DNA of 64,000 nucleotides from Acutalibacteraceae bacterium (GTDB lineage Bacteria; Bacteroidota; Bacteroidia; Bacteroidales; Paludibacteraceae): NCBI GenBank assembly GCA_963659365.1, contig CAVKTI010000004.1, positions 9,776 to 73,775 of the forward strand, read 5' to 3'. Shown piece by piece: positions 62,901 to 64,000 of this stretch (position 1 is its first letter; each line of letters starts with the position of its first letter). The notes under the pieces were generated by a model. It saw only the letters and a program-made list of their open reading frames with translations, ran no database searches and was not told where the DNA came from. The position numbers and the translations under genes were made by a program.

Positions 62901-64000
62901 CGACGGTTTCACTGGCGTAAATCCGCGCAAATTCACAATCGCAGGCGATACGGCACTGGTGGCCTACTTCAAGCCGAAGACATATTTGGTAACCATAGAG
63001 TCGGAAGATACCGAAAAAGGTACGGTCGATAAAGGCACAAGCCACTACGACTACAACACATATATCACCGTAACTGTAACGCCCAAGACGGGCTACACAT
63101 TCAACGGCTGGAGCGATGGCAACCGCGACAATCCGCGCCAGATTTATGTGCCTGCCAACGACGATTCGCATTACCGCGCCACTTTCGTTGCCAACAAGCA
63201 TACCATCACGGCGTTGCCAGCCGACAACACGATGGGCACTGTGTCGCCACAAAGCAAGGAGGTCGAGTTTGGCTCAACGACCACATTGATTGCTACGGCA
63301 AACGCTGGCTATCTGTTTGACCACTGGTCGAACAACAGTTTCTCCGATACGCTGCTCTTCAAACTCGACAAAGACCGCGACACCATACTCTACGCCCATT
63401 TCAAAAAGAACTCCTACGAAGTAACGGTCGTGGCAAACGAGGGCAAGCGCGGCAAGACAACGGGCAGCGGCTCGTACGAATATCTGTCGAAACAGTGGAT
63501 TTCGGCCACCGCCGAGGCGGGCTACCACTTCGAAAAGTGGCACGATGGCAACAACGACAATCCGCGCGAAATCACGCTGAGCAAGCCAGAGAATGTAACC
63601 TACACCGCCATTTTCTTGCCTAACCAGTACAAGGTGAAGGCAGAGTCGGCCGACCCGCTCAAAGGCAGTGTGTCGGGGTCGGGCAGTTTCAACTACGATT
63701 CGACCATCTATGTGGTGGCGAAACCGAAGACTGGCTACGAACTTGCCTATTGGGCAGATAAGTCGGGCAAGGTGCTGTCGTCCGAAGTGAATTTTGAATA
63801 CAGAGTCGAGATAAAAGAGCCCGACACCACCTTTGTGGCGCACTTCCGCCCGCTGAAATACCAAGTGAACATTCGTCCGAACAACGACACTTGGGGCACG
63901 CTGACACCAAATTCCGACAAGTACGACTTTGGTACGGTTCTCACTTTGGATACAGTGAAAACGGCCTACGGCTACCACTGGGCAGGCTGGGAAGATGGCA
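47938..64000 (+). CDS. Giant cell-surface repeat protein (3' partial): signal peptide, GLUG/beta-helix-like head, at least 63 Listeria-Bacteroides (Flg_new/InlB B-repeat-like) domains
   Basis: I translated the region by hand. An in-frame TAG lies at 47872-47874 and the first ATG is at 47938. The N-terminus is MRNAPLYTLFIYARKRLLALAVALCVAVGAWA. The ORF track lists no stop-delimited + ORF in this frame (position mod 3 = 1) up to 64000. I checked the frame at 50101, 57301 and 63961. That gives 5,354 codons with no stop. Confidence 0.85.
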   Translation, partial: MRNAPLYTLFIYARKRLLALAVALCVAVGAWAEVDKWDTKVVSWSNGSGTVGDPYLIESAQNLAYLAESVNAGTTYRGQYFKLTTDIDCDGNPWIPIGNSATNSFRGTFDGDNHSIYDVKISSGTYLGLFGNTNGATIKNVYVEAVIALIASSSTVSPYAGGLVAYANNTIVENCHTMGDLSVRVTTPSNGMRVYVGGMIGYAVSCNVSYSHNYARVFSLDQIVAITNSSNTGYTYAGGIAAYAQNSTFTYVSNSGKIQSVSFTHALSKSKKTSYFSYAYAGGIVGAGYATLSSNQNTFNQCYNKGNVQTIARADNLDYPKYAWTYGGGICGWGGTTNNCYNMGQVKSLSIWSQSYYNNYSIPACAAGMGWGVKATNCYNAGTLIVRCPTTMKGYDNGTNGNCTCCANTTEEDEVLGHDDDYYNGETYTTEWRTYASAVTYPISGGFGVDNNNQNDISSATNCYYLEGCCTPSNTKGTGRGATTLQNAAMPGTLNGSVFIQDTENINKYYPIFGTYKPYATTLDYISVDSTNALLNGAYKYVNSADSVGYELRMDGEKEWNTYRLSLNGNPGSLPEKVTGLIRDKQYTYRIWLDEGGMRHYGDTLKFHTTCPPNNPEFRDTICMGSTYNLHGFNVTPISAGTTTHVHNLQTIWGCDSIVTLYLTAMPQYEIEISQEIRDKQSPYIYPMPAGYRWEPIPEESRTFTTSGVKTLNLKTVNGCDSIVKLDLTITPTYDILVTQNSALWGDVSVNKPYFTAGEQATIIATAKPYYHFKQWEKDGQIVATTATHTIYVTASGTYTAIFEPDEFKVTTGVNDGNMGRIDPAGENSMAYNSDTMIVATAYTGYDFLGWSDGYQGGERRKYRVEPRDTTITALFAIHNYNVTTSVNDDNMGSVTEGGRKPYKSDFVITATPAEGYEFAGWSNGVSKATNPYTYTVESRDTAIMARFVAKKFLVTTAVEKIGDVTPGDVTPGGYIAYNSDTLIVATPRKGYQFKEWKDGFGSNSSRLYKVLPTDTTLTAVFEPVEVSINTTTVGNGSVGGAGTYHYGDNVTLTTTAPTGYTFQQWQNGNRTTPLNIKINWVGDSTFTATFVPVQCEVNIVPDDYNHGSVTPSSGSYAYGTGLDLEAKENDCCYDWSGWTDTKGGSYANRNYHITVNNLDGPITYTANFKPKSFTVTTAVKDGNTTLGTVDATKTYLYGDTAIVKAYPSRGYRFKRWNGSDSDYENPRKFEVTQAITLTAEFEPIDVTLTTKATNGTVTPSTGSHKFGAAISVTASPATGYKFVGWENGETRQNFTFNIGANDTTLEVVFVKDNFDLTVRVQDDNSDYGTVSPAGTNSYAYETLVPVSVTPNDGFKFLRWQENGKTATSFDYTMGAAAQTFTALFDTLSYRIVVQPESTSKGSTSPASGDHKYRTEFKIKAEPATGYEFDHWSNPAYTDAEFVYTTPAKTETLIAYFRPIQYHVTTTCNDKHGTVTPPSGNYDFASLLSIQADARPGYKFLRWENGSTTNPLTYKVEAKTDTVFEALFTPLNYKITLTRNDEDMGTVAGGGTFPFDTEVTITARPNSGYKFVRWSDGTSDADSVRRFEINVPSDTTIQAIFAKASFNITTEVNVAGRGTIALTPSGGKYLYGDDVEISATPNTGYKFTGFTSTGWTGTEPDNPYTYNVKAQNITVTANFVPLQYTVSATVNDKAMGEVSPTSRTCDFMGSVDFTVTPKTGYSFVNWDDLNSSELTRTYTLETAGNVALKANFAPNTYHITVESADEDQGTVTGTGDVVYNTEVTITATPKEGYKFLKWQDGDKKAERTINNYRGTTPDSVFIAYFTPNGYNVNAEKTAGKGTVSPTKQSGTYKGSVTVTATPARGYQVQSWNGDASETELTYTYNIDEPRDTVVRVAFAPIEVPVYAISANDDWGTAAVIGGNDHKFDEEVEIVATAKNGYEFVGWENVSGGASKKFTISSTKDTTFTAVFKRKSYHVTTQPDHWQHGSVTPATGNYVVDTILYITAAPKTGYDFAGWQYQPSETGTTIQYKVLPLDHDTTFQANFEPKEFTVSTAVGEGLGTVSAGGKVKFGSSITVTATPETGKSFREWRLGNKVVSSEATFTYTLDTANNITLTACFADQVYRIYAYAADGNGTVSGSGNYEYDTKIPLEAKANWGYEFDKWTDGATDGYYRIYTVTGEANISATFKKKKFKVTVRSESTSKGEPTQILTNAEYEYQSTIALGVTPASGYEWSHWADKSGNKLNVTENFTLDVRSDTIVTAYFKPKTFHVITTSNDENMGTVTPATGDYEFGTPLTAKPIAKLGYKFLYWNDDPTLTEQTFTYPVAAVDNYTIKAVFGKESYGVKPQNDGHGTTTPSVYTKYEYQSTVKIYATPAEGYTFDHWNTEETTDTVYYFVEPRDSTYKAYFRPLTYTITTKVDDKDRGEVTKFTEKQTFDTDVTITATPKEGYVFDHWNDDTSLDEPSFTYNVAARDTVIVAHFRPDKFTVKTVGKDGLGTVSGAGTYDFGTTISMQADGIAGYEFSYWEDRATSDNPREYKVLAHRPDTTFTAVFAPINYKISVAVIDTCNGRGSVSGTATKAFGSTVTVTATPKDGYHFVKWHDGDTDNPREYRIEDACDTTLRAIFMPEEYTISVATESSVKGTVSGGGKALYGRTTPEVKVTATPEEGYLFDHWSDGSKDREHTVTPYKWLKDTTLTAYFTTASYQVFAQVKGTGGSVEPLVQQCNYLGSVQITATSSRGYRVKAWNGTESTAESYKHTLLLPQDETVWVEFEPIDVYVYAEFDKNMGATTVTLEGETTAHNDYKFGDRVTITATPKSGYKFDYWADEFGTKLSGGAEKSFKITSIDDDTIFTAVFSAETYRVNITSNNGTYGTIEPESKDYAFGDKINIVAEAKTGYEIVGWEKQPSRGTQDRFTYTVEAVDDTLFQVNFAPRKFEITTTTDGLGTVTAGGEKEYNTTFKIEPTPNAGYKFKYWEITVGGSISTSTDNPLYYQVPANNATVKAYFEQRDYTVTVTPNSTDMGSVTGSGKYTYGNTALVTATAKAGYQFSHWSDGDGSGTTRSWTVKNDTTFQAVFVENEYELTIQSSDKNKGSVDPELLNDPRKYKESISFKAVPATGYQLERWSDGNTEVNRSHTMEAKSASYTAYFVAKRYPVTITTNYDYMGSTTPASGEYPYDTTLTIKATANPGYKFVGWEDGETSSQRDYKVTDVAKTFRALFEKDSYTLYTVAKDGLGTVTPATGLKHEYQTRVEITATPNAGYHFVRWQNGETANPTFYDVLAKDSTYTAYFEPNLYKISTQVACSSSSSSDCGTVTAFDEDQPYGSKVKITATAKEGYVFDHWNDDATQTKNPIEYTVQIKDDTTFVAHFRPLQYYITIEARTGGTVTPASGYYDYGTPLTIKASPSDGYTWNKWTDGEEQFERRYTVEAHSMTFTASFTPIKYTVAGAVVAGQTDRGSVNPDFQRADFGTTVTVNAMPETGYAFDVWHDGWDRNPYVYKIETAKDTVLRAKFKPLQYKVTTGVASGVGKVETTPTTTNGKYDFNSTVVLEAKPEAGYKFVGWSNGEGENVNPYTYIVDARDTTIKANFEPIGYTITAAVNDGLMGEVTPRDTVVKYKQSANLVAKANDGYHFVEWDDTKSTNPKRTYWVDTPSDITLRAIFAANEYQLTARPEWSSQGTVTGGGTVTFNQDVTVAVTANEGYTFSHWSDNTSQTPYTYKYTTVGNSEIIAYFTANQYNITTKVLGGKGSISPDQAQGTYGESTKFTAVPARGYQVKEWSNGSSEIENNFRLNMPRDTIVTIEFEPITINVNVSENYDYMGSASVKGGNEHKFDSAVTIIATPTTGYKLLRWMDNNGTQVGTTLEKTFTINSVRDTTFQAIFAPISCSVITGSGGNGTVTPPSKSYPYDTTFMVQATPNEGYQFDRWRDQPSVTDDYINYTVKNLDGDTTFFAYFKPKQYYMAAVANGGLGTITMTDANGIVGDGMKDYKSTVSLSVVPTAGYKVTEWRNAAGAVVAGAVTSFTYQVPLDGTTLTAYFSKETYHITVTTDNPSAAESFTGEGDYEYGATPTVSVTAKHGWIFKQWDYDATKTQTHQYTVKGSAIIKAIFEKDKFRVTGTSNSYTMGDVSPRDLSYEYQSTATLTAIPVLGYRFVEWQDANGNSLGNKNPYEYYVEDAASFKAIFAEENYLVNTGVNDASLGSVTPTSNSYPFNKIISVKAEARSKGYEFKYWMNQDSVKNGTDNPRSYTVRAVKDTTFIAYFGPANFKVEVASDDYSMGSATILPASADKRYPYLSKVTVTAKPSEGYKFVRWSDNSTDATHDYYVDAADVVLTAYFEKDNFQVRTAVNDIYMGVVNPSGTNLYSFQDTLLLTPTPIDSGYKFARWSDDNRQNPRKYIVQAKADTLFTAIFEKRKFSVEGLSDDGSMGSVTLTPEGDGSGEYEYLSSVVLRAVPEPGYEFDERWKGSNTKKDFVEYIVQAKDTSFTAFFRPKDYKVTIATNDDKMGYVEPGNNYYTFGTNQDFVATCNSGYQFSHWENNHGVRVGSNAKLTWNVKSQDTILIAVFKPDKYTVKTVSAQPNWGSTSPSIKQYDYLDLATIKAVPKHGYYFVGWDDGGNGSTDTVREVSVEANITYTAKFARESYTVTTGTNNGLWGSMTPATDSYLYDSIITLVAKPVHSGYVFDHWSDGDGSRENRIFKVTDDTTITAIFAKNKFWVNVSSENASKGTIELPNPASAQYEYYTPVKFKAVPESGYEFDYWSDDPNQKSAERTYIVDTANVNIVAHFKKAQFRVYGKSDDSSIGKVVPQVGYYAFDSTIHLVAQPATGYKIDHWENKHGVRVAAAIDSLEYTVEAVKDTTFFAFFVKDKYMVRVRTNDANYGTVTPKTDQQYEYQSTVTMKAMPNKGYQFVQWKDGHKGDSIRTYIVEAKDDTTFTAIFEPIIYTLTASAYEGKGTLSPSSGSVAYDSAVWVTATPNDGYTFDHWHDGFTGVNPRKFTIAGDTALVAYFKPKTYLVTIESEDTEKGTVDKGTSHYDYNTYITVTVTPKTGYTFNGWSDGNRDNPRQIYVPANDDSHYRATFVANKHTITALPADNTMGTVSPQSKEVEFGSTTTLIATANAGYLFDHWSNNSFSDTLLFKLDKDRDTILYAHFKKNSYEVTVVANEGKRGKTTGSGSYEYLSKQWISATAEAGYHFEKWHDGNNDNPREITLSKPENVTYTAIFLPNQYKVKAESADPLKGSVSGSGSFNYDSTIYVVAKPKTGYELAYWADKSGKVLSSEVNFEYRVEIKEPDTTFVAHFRPLKYQVNIRPNNDTWGTLTPNSDKYDFGTVLTLDTVKTAYGYHWAGWEDG
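50140..64000 (+). repeat. Intragenic tandem array of 63 diverged ~74-aa (~220-nt) domain repeats
   Basis: I counted 63 successive G-[YFWK]-x-x-x-x-W motifs (for example GYDFLGW, GYEFAGW, GYKFVRW). The first is at about 50233 and the last at about 63970, spaced about 220 nt apart. The unit consensus is Y.VT....D..MG.V.P..G.Y.Y...V.I.A.P..GY.F..W.DG....NPR.Y.V..DT...A.F.P. Confidence 0.85.

Noticed and set aside
49924-63978. Series of long minus-strand ORFs across the giant gene, up to 683 aa. Examples are 49924-51258, 51346-52731, 53944-55995, 56722-57849, 57922-59088 and 62335-63252.
   Set aside because: They are antisense shadows of the single uninterrupted + strand frame. Their products are Arg/Val/Gly/Cys/His-rich with no motifs, signals or start context. 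The + frame encodes a coherent signal peptide and 63 recognisable domain repeats.

Overview
This 64-kb window looks like a Bacteroidota (Bacteroidales-like) chromosomal segment. Supporting signs are SpII lipoprotein signals, TAnnTTTG -7 boxes, and FISUMP, DUF3078, PCMD and membrane pyrophosphatase genes. I call about 41 protein genes and one tRNA-Arg(CCT). Housekeeping blocks are a two-component pair, lpxH, dprA-recO, a trmH-like gene, miaA-lysE-nadE, an arginine-decarboxylase-like gene, gpsA, pgi, mtnN and hppA. They alternate with four accessory blocks. (i) 0.5-5.9 kb: a tandem paralog pair, then a lipoprotein whose C-terminal half resembles the stem of alpha-hemolysin/leukocidin pore-forming toxins, a small OM barrel and an S41 peptidase. 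(ii) 19.5-29.3 kb: a 9.8-kb minus-strand envelope locus with a secreted caspase-like C14 peptidase, a DUF4384 protein, an LPP20-like protein and three FISUMP-type proteins. It is interrupted by an AT-rich insertion carrying two DUF2971 genes. (iii) 43.8-47.5 kb: an AT-richer island with a Q/E-rich 806-aa protein that shares a C-terminal module with a 64-aa stand-alone ORF. (iv) 47,938 to beyond the window end: a giant surface-protein gene of more than 5,350 codons with 63 tandem Listeria-Bacteroides-type repeats. It is absent from the ORF track because it has no stop codon in the window. Most longer intergenic regions are filled by a mosaic of about 20 recurring short modules (7-8-bp tandem arrays plus GC hairpins) in shuffled order and orientation. 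This includes a 130-210-bp three-hairpin core with compensatory stem changes, and one copy has perfect 18-bp terminal inverted repeats. I saw no rRNA, CRISPR array, transposase or integrase. All family assignments come from motif recognition by eye; no searches were run.
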